Source: an uncultured virus (IMG/VR IMGVR_UViG_3300031418_000012)
Lineage: Duplodnaviria; Heunggongvirae; Uroviricota; Caudoviricetes
Direction: 5' to 3' (one strand)
DNA: 64,000 nucleotides
Virus record (IMG/VR): IMGVR_UViG_3300031418_000012
This document shows, piece after piece, positions 50,137 to 60,919 of this stretch. The notes beneath the pieces were generated by a model. That model had not been told where the DNA came from and made no database searches. It worked only from the letters and a program-made list of their open reading frames with translations. The translations under genes and the position numbers were made by a program. Each line of letters opens with the position of its first letter. Positions within the stretch are counted from its first letter, which is position 1.

Positions 50137-50165
50137 ATTATACCATAAAAAATTTTAACGTTTCA
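50137..50165 (-). promoter_or_regulatory. Early/middle-type promoter upstream of the AAA gene
   Basis: TGAAACG-N16-TATAAT with TATGG extended -10. Confidence 0.72.
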
Positions 50166-50537
50166 TAAAAATGTCGCAAACAGTTTGTTGAAATCATCAC
50201 TACAAAAAGTAAGCTGTGCTATCACTAAATCGTCTGATAAGTACAAAGTATCTCCATCAACATAATATGGAGTGGTGCAAATACGGTCAAGTGAGGTAAA
50301 AACGTTCGAAGTTCGGTCATTTCGTTTTAAGGGAATCGCAAGAAACTCATATAACGAATTTTCTTCACATATTCTATATCCTAATTTACTCAACCTAAGA
50401 CCACCACCAGTTCTGTAATTATCAAAAATAGATATTAGAATCATTCTGTCCGAGAAATCACAATCAAAATCATGAACTTCTCGGATTGAACCTAATACTT
50501 TATATTGAAACTCAGTACTGTTGGTTTTCGGTATCAT
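50163..50537 (-). CDS. Hypothetical protein
   Basis: 124 aa, GGGLRLSKLG, packed in the minus-strand operon. Confidence 0.65.
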   Translation of the reverse strand: MIPKTNSTEFQYKVLGSIREVHDFDCDFSDRMILISIFDNYRTGGGLRLSKLGYRICEENSLYEFLAIPLKRNDRTSNVFTSLDRICTTPYYVDGDTLYLSDDLVIAQLTFCSDDFNKLFATFL

Positions 50538-50539
50538 AA

Positions 50540-50932
50540 TTAGATTCCCACAAAACCTTTTTGTTGTGCATAAGAGTCTGCTTCAGCAGCACCGACTTCA
50601 TAGTTCTGGACACCATCTTTATCAATATAAGGACCAAAACCTTCAGCACCATATTCTTCTTCTAGTTCTTCTTCAGAACCCTCAACACTATATTCATCAT
50701 CAACTTCAGGTGAAGTTAATTCTTTCAAAGAATCAGAAATATTCTTCAAATCTGAAGTTAATGATTCCAAATCTTCGATTGAACCATCAGCAATTTGTCC
50801 TGATAATTCTTTTAGGGAGCCAATAATCTCTTTTAGTAATTCAGGAGCAGAAAGTTCAGATTCGACCTGAACTTCTTCTTCTGAATCATAAATGTCATCA
50901 ATGGATTCCATTAGTTTTTTCATGTTACTCAT
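50540..50932 (-). CDS. Acidic protein, candidate prohead core/internal protein
   Basis: Highly acidic; N-terminal MKKLMES. Confidence 0.5.
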   Translation of the reverse strand: MSNMKKLMESIDDIYDSEEEVQVESELSAPELLKEIIGSLKELSGQIADGSIEDLESLTSDLKNISDSLKELTSPEVDDEYSVEGSEEELEEEYGAEGFGPYIDKDGVQNYEVGAAEADSYAQQKGFVGI

Positions 50933-51852
50933 TATAGACCTTCCATATACTTTTTATATTGGCTAGAAATAGATTCAAAGATAGAATCAACAGATTCGTC
51001 TTCTTCAGATTCGCCAACAAGTGGATTGTCACCTAATGCAGTACCAGGTTGTTTGTCTTTGTATGCATGACGAGAATTTACAATACCATCATCATCATAG
51101 AATTCAGGATCTGGACGATTTTCAGCGTCTTCTTGCATGGTACGTTTCCAATAGAATGCATTCCCTTTAGGAACAACGATGAAGTTATCACCTTCAAATC
51201 CATTGGTTTTTTCTTGACCGTCTTCAACACACTCAAATTCACTTCTGAATGGACCGAATTCTTGTGATTGGTCAGCTTCAGAGGCAACTGAATCTTCGTC
51301 TAGTGATAGGTCAGGGAGTAGGCTTTCAGCTACAGATTGGTCAGCGTCATCAACTTCTTCTTCAGAGTCGGCAATATCTTCTTCAAGTTCTTGACTTTCA
51401 TGAATACCTGCTAATGAAGACATACGACCCATATCGAACTCGTCATCACCAGCAGAATCAAATTCATCTTCTGTTTCAAACTCGTCATCGCCGCCATCAA
51501 AAGATTGTACATCAGCAGCGCCGTCAATGTCAACTGAATCATCGCCAAAATCGGTCACAGAGCCAGCTAAATCGCTTACAGCAGAGCCGAGGTCATCAGC
51601 TCCAGCATCGCCCAAATCGTCAGCACTAGGTGCTAATTCAGGACTCATGATAGGTTGGGTTTCATCTTCACCGCCCATGCTATCAAAATTTAATGGAGCA
51701 ATGGCAGGAACTGAAGTCATTCCACCCATTTGAGGCGAACCACGCTCCGCTTGCCCTGCTAGGGCAAGCATACGAGAAAGAGTATCAAGATCGCTAGATT
51801 CTAAACCTTGTACATCAATACGAACGGATGCCTCATTAATTGTTTTTTTCAT
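50932..51852 (-). CDS. Very acidic protein, candidate prohead core/scaffold
   Basis: D/E-rich; INE, IHE and IFE sites; RMLALAG and RMSSLAG motifs. Confidence 0.5.
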   Translation of the reverse strand: MKKTINEASVRIDVQGLESSDLDTLSRMLALAGQAERGSPQMGGMTSVPAIAPLNFDSMGGEDETQPIMSPELAPSADDLGDAGADDLGSAVSDLAGSVTDFGDDSVDIDGAADVQSFDGGDDEFETEDEFDSAGDDEFDMGRMSSLAGIHESQELEEDIADSEEEVDDADQSVAESLLPDLSLDEDSVASEADQSQEFGPFRSEFECVEDGQEKTNGFEGDNFIVVPKGNAFYWKRTMQEDAENRPDPEFYDDDGIVNSRHAYKDKQPGTALGDNPLVGESEEDESVDSIFESISSQYKKYMEGL

Positions 51853-51872
51853 AATAACTAATTCCTTTTATA

Positions 51873-53240
51873 TTAATCTGTAGTATTTAATGAATTTAGA
51901 ATCTCTGTTGCTTCACGTTGTTTACCAGCTAGAATAATATCTGCTGCTAGTAATGAAACTTCATCACCACGACTAAGAAGTACTACAATATTTCTTGCTA
52001 ATGGAGATGCTTTAATTCTGTCAGCCAAACCTTGTAATCCAGATTCTTCAGAACCTTGTGGAGCACCGTTTTGTGCTGGTGGTTGTTGTCTACCCTGATC
52101 CGGTTGCGGTCTGTTTTGTTCTGTATCAGAACCTGCACCACCTACATTTACTTCAGGAGCCTCATCACTTTGGTCTTGAGTATCAGTATCACCTTGTTCA
52201 GCTTTACTAGACATGTCATCTAGTACTTTACGAGAAATATCAGAAGGAAGTAATTTTCCTGAATCGGAAATAAAACGACCATTACCTACATACTTATATG
52301 AAACACCTTTTTTAGACTTCCATTCAGTACCGATTTTAACAGTTTCAGTGGAGTTATGTTTCACAATAGCTGCTTGTGCTGCACGTTCTAATGGTGCGGC
52401 TGCTGATTGGTTGATTGGTTGTTTAGTTTCTGATGAGAACCAACGACCATTCTTTTTAAAGTACTTCTTACCTTTACCTGAAGTATATACATATCCATCA
52501 GGAACAACAGTACCTTTAGCACTATCTTGAGCTGGTGCATCTGAAGAATTAGATTCTTCACCGTTCTGTGCCATTTCTTGCTTAGCGTAATTTTTAATTC
52601 TATCCATATAAGCTTCAGGATATTCATTACCGTTCTGCAAATCTACAAATGCATCACCAACATAAGTAAGGGTGTTGCCTCTGTACTGAACAGTAGTTCC
52701 TACCGGAAAAACTTCATGAGGATTGTTGTTTAGCTTTTTAATATAATCTTTTGCTTCAGCATTGAGTTCTTCTAGATTATCATCTTTCTTTATTACTCGG
52801 TCACCTTTATGGAACCAAGCACCTTTGCGATAAATGTAGTCACCCATTTTAAAGTAACTAGGAATCTCAGTACTGTTTTTGTCACCTAATTTTAGGTCAG
52901 AAAATTTATTATCTTCTGCTTCAAATAGATTTTTCACACGAGCATTAATACTTTCACTAAGAAGATTGCCGTTAATGGTAAAATTCCCACGGCCTACATA
53001 GGTATATGCAGTTTTATTAACTTTATATGATTTACCGATTTGTAATTCATTACTTGTGTTGTGTTCGTTAATTTGTTGTAGAGCAGACTTATTCATTTTG
53101 AAGTTATGTGTGCTTTCTACAATGTTTAAAGTAGAGCAGTTCATCCAAGAACCATCAAGGTACATATATTCTGTACCTTTATTTGATGTATAAACATAGT
53201 TATTTGGAATTGAAATGTTATTACCGTAGGATTTAAACAT
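51873..53240 (-). CDS. Hypothetical protein with three internal domain repeats
   Basis: Repeated (I/V)PxxY...GxW and G...YVG.. units. Confidence 0.65.
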   Translation of the reverse strand: MFKSYGNNISIPNNYVYTSNKGTEYMYLDGSWMNCSTLNIVESTHNFKMNKSALQQINEHNTSNELQIGKSYKVNKTAYTYVGRGNFTINGNLLSESINARVKNLFEAEDNKFSDLKLGDKNSTEIPSYFKMGDYIYRKGAWFHKGDRVIKKDDNLEELNAEAKDYIKKLNNNPHEVFPVGTTVQYRGNTLTYVGDAFVDLQNGNEYPEAYMDRIKNYAKQEMAQNGEESNSSDAPAQDSAKGTVVPDGYVYTSGKGKKYFKKNGRWFSSETKQPINQSAAAPLERAAQAAIVKHNSTETVKIGTEWKSKKGVSYKYVGNGRFISDSGKLLPSDISRKVLDDMSSKAEQGDTDTQDQSDEAPEVNVGGAGSDTEQNRPQPDQGRQQPPAQNGAPQGSEESGLQGLADRIKASPLARNIVVLLSRGDEVSLLAADIILAGKQREATEILNSLNTTD

Positions 53241-53252
53241 TATCTTCTCCTA

Positions 53253-53816
53253 TTAAGAAATTAGTCGTAGTAGTTTTTCACGGTCTGCTGGACTTAACCC
53301 TGATAACTCACCTTTGAAACTATCATTACCAGCAGCAGGTGCAGGAGATGAATCGCCTTGACCTTGTTCCTGACCTTGACCCTGTTCTTGTCCTTGAGCT
53401 TGGCCTTGTTCCTGACCTTGTTGTTCAGGTTTATTTTCGTCTTCAGCATAATCAGTGTTTAGCTTTTGGACTGCTTTCATTAAAGCTGCACCAACATCTT
53501 TAGGAGTGAATGAACGACGTTCATTATTTCCTAAGAAAGAAACATCTAATTTGTTACCTTTGAAAAATGCAGCAACATCAGAAAACGAAACTGCTTGTGG
53601 GTGTGAACCATATTTACGTCCAATATAACGCTTAAAATCATTCCACAACTGGTTTGCCATTTGTCCGGTTTCTTGAGAACCTTGCTCAACTTGACCGGAA
53701 CCAAAGAAACCTTTTACTTTGCCTTTCGCTGAGTCAATCGCTGATTGGCTACGGCTATAAGGACGCTCGTTTAATGGCTCTTGTTGTCCATCAAACATTT
53801 CTTCTAAAAGACTCAT
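53253..53816 (-). CDS. Hypothetical protein with QGQ(E/A/G) repeat
   Basis: QGQEQGQAQGQEQGQGQEQGQG low-complexity tract. Confidence 0.65.
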   Translation of the reverse strand: MSLLEEMFDGQQEPLNERPYSRSQSAIDSAKGKVKGFFGSGQVEQGSQETGQMANQLWNDFKRYIGRKYGSHPQAVSFSDVAAFFKGNKLDVSFLGNNERRSFTPKDVGAALMKAVQKLNTDYAEDENKPEQQGQEQGQAQGQEQGQGQEQGQGDSSPAPAAGNDSFKGELSGLSPADREKLLRLIS

Positions 53817-53819
53817 CGA

Positions 53820-54365
53820 TTACCCCTTTTTACCAAAGCCAGCAGACATATATTCTGAGTACGGCTTTTTGTCTTTTTTATAACTGTCAATTGCATCTTT
53901 TACTGCGGTATCCGCACGACCTTGACCAGCAATTTCCTCAGCATTAACTTCAGGAACTTCTTTATATTCAGGATCTAGTAGGCGAGGCTCATAATCATCA
54001 AATTCAATATCATCTTCAGAATCAGCAATTTCTTCCTGATAAGGTTCTAAGTTGTTACGAACGTGAAGTAAACCTTCAGACCATTGTAAAAGACTTCCGA
54101 TTTCAAATAATAGTACTTGTGGTTGAATCCCACGCTTACATTTAAAATCGAACATCCAAATTTCACCACAATCTAGATTATAGAAATCAATTGGGTTTGA
54201 TTGGAAAATGGTTTTCTTTAAAGGACCAACTTCAAAAGCATCATATCGGTCTGTAAGTCGGGTTACGACTTTATGTAATTCTTCTGTGCTTGGCTCACAA
54301 GCAAATTTTACACGATACGAATATTCTGGAGTAAGTTCTGTTAATATTTTTTGTAATTTATTCAT
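53820..54365 (-). CDS. Hypothetical protein
   Basis: 181 aa, GGAG RBS, TAAATA upstream at 54394-54399. Confidence 0.65.
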   Translation of the reverse strand: MNKLQKILTELTPEYSYRVKFACEPSTEELHKVVTRLTDRYDAFEVGPLKKTIFQSNPIDFYNLDCGEIWMFDFKCKRGIQPQVLLFEIGSLLQWSEGLLHVRNNLEPYQEEIADSEDDIEFDDYEPRLLDPEYKEVPEVNAEEIAGQGRADTAVKDAIDSYKKDKKPYSEYMSAGFGKKG

Positions 54366-54392
54366 GTTAACTCCGAGTCACAGTAATTTAAT

Positions 54393-54953
54393 TTATTTAT
54401 TACGTTTCATTGATGCAAGTAGCTCGTTGCGTGATTTTACTGCAACAACCTTCTCACCTGGAATTGCGTTAGGGTCATTACTGTTTCCTAACGCTACTGG
54501 AGTCTTAGATTTCTGATTAAGTTCGATTTCCATCTTATCTTTCTTAATCTGCATATCAATTAGTTTAATATCAGAGTCGATGACTTTCGAGTGAGCATCA
54601 AGTGCAATTTTTAACATTGCGTTTGCTGCGTTAATCATTTCTGATGCGAATCGGTCTTCGCAATTGAATGCTCTATCAAAAATATCTTCGAACCGGTCTT
54701 CAGCTAACTTAGCTAATCTGTCTAAATGAGTTTTACGATGTGTAATATCGGGAATATCTTTAAGTTGTTCACGATATTCTTTTAACTGGTTCATTGAGCG
54801 GCGAGCTTCTTCAATGTCTTGTCCAGTAATTTCAGTACTTTCATCTTCATCATCTGAATATAGGTCACTTGCATCAGCACCATCTAGTAACTTCTGAATA
54901 TCTTCAGAACTTGCTAGTCCTAGTGCTTCCTCTACACCACGTTTTACTTTCAT
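54393..54953 (-). CDS. Candidate terminase small subunit (gp16-like)
   Basis: Helical core RFASEMINAANAMLKIAL and C-terminal SRNELL resemble T4-like small terminases; next to gp4. Confidence 0.4.
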   Translation of the reverse strand: MKVKRGVEEALGLASSEDIQKLLDGADASDLYSDDEDESTEITGQDIEEARRSMNQLKEYREQLKDIPDITHRKTHLDRLAKLAEDRFEDIFDRAFNCEDRFASEMINAANAMLKIALDAHSKVIDSDIKLIDMQIKKDKMEIELNQKSKTPVALGNSNDPNAIPGEKVVAVKSRNELLASMKRNK

Positions 54954-54954
54954 A

Positions 54955-56504
<1,550 letters not shown>

Positions 56505-56513
56505 ATATTATCC

Positions 56514-57287
56514 TTATAAACTTGTATTACCAAAAATCTTATCAACAATATCAAGTGCACTATTAGTCTTATCAGATAGCAATGAATTAATTCTGTCTGA
56601 GTACATTTCTTCAATCATATCATATTGAACACAGTTATCTGGTTTAATAGTTAATTTCATTGTTAAGTACTGAGATGAACCATAATCAAGGGAATCCCAT
56701 GAAATATCGGTAATAATGCAACCATAGCAAACCCAACGGTCTAAAGTACTTAATGCGTTATAACCTTTACCACCAACGAAATCGTCAATAGCATTTACTA
56801 GTCCTGCGTTGTTTGTTACTGCTGTCGCCGCATCAACGGCTGTATCTCTAATTAGATTAGTAAGAGAATCATCAGGGTTTGCACCACCAGTAGTTTCAAT
56901 CATCATTCGGAATTTGTATCCGGCGAATGGTTGTTCTGATTTTGCTGATATTCTGCGTTGGAAATCTAATTGTTTTTGAAGTTGGCGTATAATTGCTTTC
57001 GCTGCCTGGTTATCTACCGAATCACGAATAGTCAGGGTGATTGGTTTCCAATCCCAACGTCCTACATAAGAGGTATTTGTTGCGAACTGATATAATTGGT
57101 GAGTTTCGAAAGAAATGCTCGGACGGTCTACTGATTCAACTTCAAGTGCAATATGGTCTTTTTCATCTATGTCAATACCAAAATTATAAACGACCACGCG
57201 AAACTTGTGTTTCACTTTTGGCTGACTCATTGTTTTGTTTCGACCACTAGGTAAAGGAACGCCATATTTATCCATCATGCTTGCCAT
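56514..57287 (-). CDS. Tail tube protein paralogue
   Basis: QPKVKHKFRV and GRWDWKPITLTIRD; clearly similar to 57368-58057. Confidence 0.75.
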   Translation of the reverse strand: MASMMDKYGVPLPSGRNKTMSQPKVKHKFRVVVYNFGIDIDEKDHIALEVESVDRPSISFETHQLYQFATNTSYVGRWDWKPITLTIRDSVDNQAAKAIIRQLQKQLDFQRRISAKSEQPFAGYKFRMMIETTGGANPDDSLTNLIRDTAVDAATAVTNNAGLVNAIDDFVGGKGYNALSTLDRWVCYGCIITDISWDSLDYGSSQYLTMKLTIKPDNCVQYDMIEEMYSDRINSLLSDKTNSALDIVDKIFGNTSL

Positions 57288-57334
57288 TACATTTTCCCCT
57301 ATTTAATATGGTATGTATAATTATATTTAGCAAT

Positions 57335-57359
57335 AAAAAAGCCCTGAACATGTCAGGGC
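57335..57359 (-). terminator. Intrinsic terminator after the tube gene
   Basis: GCCCTGA-N5-TCAGGGC followed by T6 on the minus strand. Confidence 0.8.
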
Positions 57360-57367
57360 GTTTATTT

Positions 57368-58057
57368 TTATTGACCTTGGTAGAAATTGGAATCTGGTAG
57401 AGTCTCGGAGTTGATTGCCGTTGGACTTGTACTAATAGAAATTGAATTCTTAGGAGTACCGTTACCTGCGACTTCATCACCTAGAGCTTGACCTTCTGGT
57501 CCAACTAGAACACAACCATCTGGTTGTAGTGACATAGTAATTACTTGTGCTTCTGAGCTGGAATAATCCCACTCACCGAAGTTTGAATCAGTAATAAAAC
57601 ATCCTTGGCAAATCCAAGTATGTAGTGTTCCTTCATAAAGGTTGGTTAAGTTTTCACTATTCGAGCCGTCAAGAGCCTGAATCCACATTTCGAATTTATA
57701 CTGTGAAGCACTAGTACGAGATTCTTGTGAGTAGTAGTTGAATTCTTTACGCATTTGGTTCCAAATGGCTTTCAATGACATGTTGCCTACTGAGTCGCGG
57801 AATGCTACTTCAATTGTTGACCATGTATATTTGCCTTTGTAGTGTGCCGAACTGTTATAACTGTGAACAGTTATATTTTCGTGCTCCACATGAGGTGTAC
57901 CAACAGTATTCGTGTCTAATGTAATATAATTACCGTCTTCGGTATTACCAAAGCCGAAGAATACTACACGGAAACGATACTTTGGCTTAGGTTGCTTCAT
58001 TGGTGCACGTGCTGCACCTGGAATTGGAGCACCATATTTATCCAGTAAATTTGCCAT
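57368..58057 (-). CDS. gp19: Tail tube protein (gp19-like)
   Basis: QPKPKYRFRV, GKYTWSTIEVAFRD and WICQGCF; directly after the sheath gene with own late promoter. Confidence 0.8.
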   Translation of the reverse strand: MANLLDKYGAPIPGAARAPMKQPKPKYRFRVVFFGFGNTEDGNYITLDTNTVGTPHVEHENITVHSYNSSAHYKGKYTWSTIEVAFRDSVGNMSLKAIWNQMRKEFNYYSQESRTSASQYKFEMWIQALDGSNSENLTNLYEGTLHTWICQGCFITDSNFGEWDYSSSEAQVITMSLQPDGCVLVGPEGQALGDEVAGNGTPKNSISISTSPTAINSETLPDSNFYQGQ

Positions 58058-58095
58058 TATTGATCTCCTAAAATCTAAGGGAATAATCTTTAATG

Positions 58096-58103
58096 TATTT
58101 ATA
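58096..58103 (-). promoter_or_regulatory. Late promoter TATAAATA
   Basis: TATTTATA on the plus strand. Confidence 0.75.
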
Positions 58104-58140
58104 AACTTTCAGGGGTTGGAAGTGCATTAGTAATAAAAAC

Positions 58141-58166
58141 AAAAAAAGGGAGCCAAAGGCTCCCTT
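58141..58166 (-). terminator. Intrinsic terminator after the sheath gene
   Basis: GGGAGCC-N3-GGCTCCC followed by T7 on the minus strand. Confidence 0.85.
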
Positions 58167-58170
58167 AATA

Positions 58171-60828
58171 TTATGAAGTTAAACTATTTTCCAAACGAAT
58201 CGGAATATAGATGAAGTTGATTGAACGAGTCGGAACAAGTGCAATATCCATCCACAATTCATTTGCATCAATACGTGAAGTTGTGTTGTTTGATTCATCA
58301 CAAACTACTAAGAAGTCGTAAAGACCATTTAGTTGTACAATTTCAGCTAGGAAGTTGTTAACAACTGAAGTGAATTCTTGACGAGTACTTGCAGTGTTTA
58401 GACGGAACAAGAACGGTTCAGCTAGTATTGATAGTTGAGTACGGATGTAAACAACAAGACGAGCAACGTTAACACGACTTAGTGCAGAACTATCATCAGC
58501 AGCTAGAGTTTTATCCCCATATACTAGAAGTCCACGGTTAGGACGCATTGCAATTGGGTTAATCTTGTTAACATACATTGTATCACGTTGACCCTGATTA
58601 TATACTACTGGAGCATATTCACCTTCGTCATTGATATAACCAACTGAAGCAGCATTTGTAACAATACCACGTTGTGTACCTGCTGGTGGATACCAAACAT
58701 AACTTACGCTATCGCTATAAGCATATGTACGCATCGCAACAGTACTTCCTGGAACTGCAACTTCAGAACCATCAACGTTAGTACCTAAACACCATCCCAT
58801 ATACTGTGCAGCATATGAATAAGCAGTTGTACGACCTACTTCACCATTACTTGCAGCGTTGTTTGCATTGGTCGCCCAAGCTTGAACATCTGTAGCAACA
58901 GGAGCTAAACGTGCTGGAACATCAGTTACGATGAATGCAGTTTCTTTACGGTCAGTGTTCAATGTTACTAGTTCATCTAGAAGTTCTACATATCCTGGAA
59001 CACACATTAAGTTGAACTGGATACTTTCAGCACGAATATCTTCGTTACTTACTACTACTGATGCTAAAGCTTCAACGATAATTTTACGTTGTGCTTCACG
59101 TCCAAATAGACCAGAACCATCTAGGCCAACACCAGAAGCAACTGTCCATACGCCATTTTTCATTACTTTAACAACACCTTCAGTTGAACCTAAGTCCACT
59201 GCAAGCATACCATTTTGGTATAGTTCTGCACTTGGAACATCACCATTAGTGAAGTCTTCAAATACAAGACCGTTTAAAGTGCTTTGGTCAGTACTATCTA
59301 GTTTTAACCATGTACCTGAAACATTACGGTAGAATACATAACCATCAATACCCTGTGAAAGTGGTTGAACCCAAAAATCACGGTCTGCTGCTGGTTCGTC
59401 TAATTGAACGTACATGTTAGTACTTGCATCAATCAAATCCCAACTATCAGTTGAAACGTTAGCAACATATAGAACTACGTCCAACGAATCAGAGTTGCTG
59501 AAGTTGTACCAGTAAGTGCCTTCTGCTGCTTTAGCAGTTGGAGTACTTGGTGAAACACGAATGTTGTTTACGTTAACCAATGAATAGTTGCTGCTATCAA
59601 CAGTTAGTTTAGAAAGTTCTGATGAACTGAATAGTTGTTGACCTGAATTAGTAGTAACGAAACTATAACCATTTTTATTACTTACAATTAGGGAACTAGT
59701 ACCAGTGAAAGTAAATCCAGCATTGATTAGTTCAGCACTTTTGTTAAGGTTAGCAATAATAGTAGAAACATTAATAACTTCGCCAGTTTTAACAGCTACA
59801 ACAGTTACTGATTTATTCAAGAACTTGAAAGTTAGTGAACCATTCGCAGTTGCTAATGCACCTGTTGATTGACCAGCAGGAACTGCACCCGCACTAATTG
59901 CTGCGATTGAACCAGCTTTAGTGTATAGTGAGAAGCTTTTACTGTCTTCGTCAAAAAGAGCACCGAAATATGTATTTCCGAAAGTACCGGATTTTGCTTC
60001 AATTTCGTAGAAGCTATTACCTGTCCAAACACTTACTTCAGACCAAACCGCAGTTAGGGAAGCATAACGTTTTAGTACAAAGCGAGTACCAAAATAGTTT
60101 GAACCATTTTTAGTATATCCATCACGAATCCAAATGTTACCGGTTAGGATACTAGAACCTGTAGGTACTTTGTTAATAGGTGATAGGTAAGTTTCAACCT
60201 GTACAAGACCAACTGCTTCATATTTGTACATAAGCATTTGTCCAGTACTTGGAATGTGGCGAACTAGTAAATCGTCTACGTTTAGACCAGTAGTGTCAAC
60301 GTCTGCAATGTGTTCTTCGCTAACGATAGTAACAGGCTTAACCTGCCAATCGTAGAAACTTGTTGGGTTGTCAATCTTAGCAACATATGCTTCGATTTGT
60401 GATGATTTTGTGTCTAACCACAATGTGCCGTTAGATACCGGACCAGTTGGTGCAGTACCAGTTGGTGCCAATTGTGCTAAGTCAATATCTGCACGAACTA
60501 CATAAGCACGGTTTGCAATACCCATGTAACTGTATAGTGCATGAAGACCGTATTCGTTTAGTTCGTCACCTTGAACTACTGAACCATTACTCGATTGGAA
60601 AATCGGTGATCCATATGTTTCAAGTGCGTTGCGTTGCGATGTAATTAGTTTAAGTGTACCTGCGTTAGCCTTAGTTGTACCAGTTGCAATTGAACTGCTT
60701 CCAGTAACTAGCTTATCTTGTGCAGTTGCAATAACAAACAAAGGCACTGTTCCGTTAGCACTTGTAGCACTAATGGTTTCATCGGTAACTGAAACACTAA
60801 CACCAGGTGATTGTAAATTATCAGCCAT
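58171..60828 (-). CDS. gp18: Tail sheath protein (gp18-like)
   Basis: LQSPGVSV, WYPPAGTQRG, INPI, YGDKT, RVNVARL and VVCDESNNT motifs. Confidence 0.95.
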   Translation of the reverse strand: MADNLQSPGVSVSVTDETISATSANGTVPLFVIATAQDKLVTGSSSIATGTTKANAGTLKLITSQRNALETYGSPIFQSSNGSVVQGDELNEYGLHALYSYMGIANRAYVVRADIDLAQLAPTGTAPTGPVSNGTLWLDTKSSQIEAYVAKIDNPTSFYDWQVKPVTIVSEEHIADVDTTGLNVDDLLVRHIPSTGQMLMYKYEAVGLVQVETYLSPINKVPTGSSILTGNIWIRDGYTKNGSNYFGTRFVLKRYASLTAVWSEVSVWTGNSFYEIEAKSGTFGNTYFGALFDEDSKSFSLYTKAGSIAAISAGAVPAGQSTGALATANGSLTFKFLNKSVTVVAVKTGEVINVSTIIANLNKSAELINAGFTFTGTSSLIVSNKNGYSFVTTNSGQQLFSSSELSKLTVDSSNYSLVNVNNIRVSPSTPTAKAAEGTYWYNFSNSDSLDVVLYVANVSTDSWDLIDASTNMYVQLDEPAADRDFWVQPLSQGIDGYVFYRNVSGTWLKLDSTDQSTLNGLVFEDFTNGDVPSAELYQNGMLAVDLGSTEGVVKVMKNGVWTVASGVGLDGSGLFGREAQRKIIVEALASVVVSNEDIRAESIQFNLMCVPGYVELLDELVTLNTDRKETAFIVTDVPARLAPVATDVQAWATNANNAASNGEVGRTTAYSYAAQYMGWCLGTNVDGSEVAVPGSTVAMRTYAYSDSVSYVWYPPAGTQRGIVTNAASVGYINDEGEYAPVVYNQGQRDTMYVNKINPIAMRPNRGLLVYGDKTLAADDSSALSRVNVARLVVYIRTQLSILAEPFLFRLNTASTRQEFTSVVNNFLAEIVQLNGLYDFLVVCDESNNTTSRIDANELWMDIALVPTRSINFIYIPIRLENSLTS

Positions 60829-60874
60829 TTAATCCTCCAAAAATCTTGGGTTTATTCGAATATTCGTATAATTA

Positions 60875-60882
60875 TATTTATT
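60875..60882 (-). promoter_or_regulatory. Late promoter AATAAATA
   Basis: TAAATA core upstream of the sheath gene. Confidence 0.7.
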
Positions 60883-60919
60883 GGAGGATGAACTGTAAGG
60901 TGTTTAAACGAGAATATAC

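Noticed and set aside
54381..54409. Fifth TGAAACG promoter box
   Set aside because: No TATAAT at the 16-nt spacing
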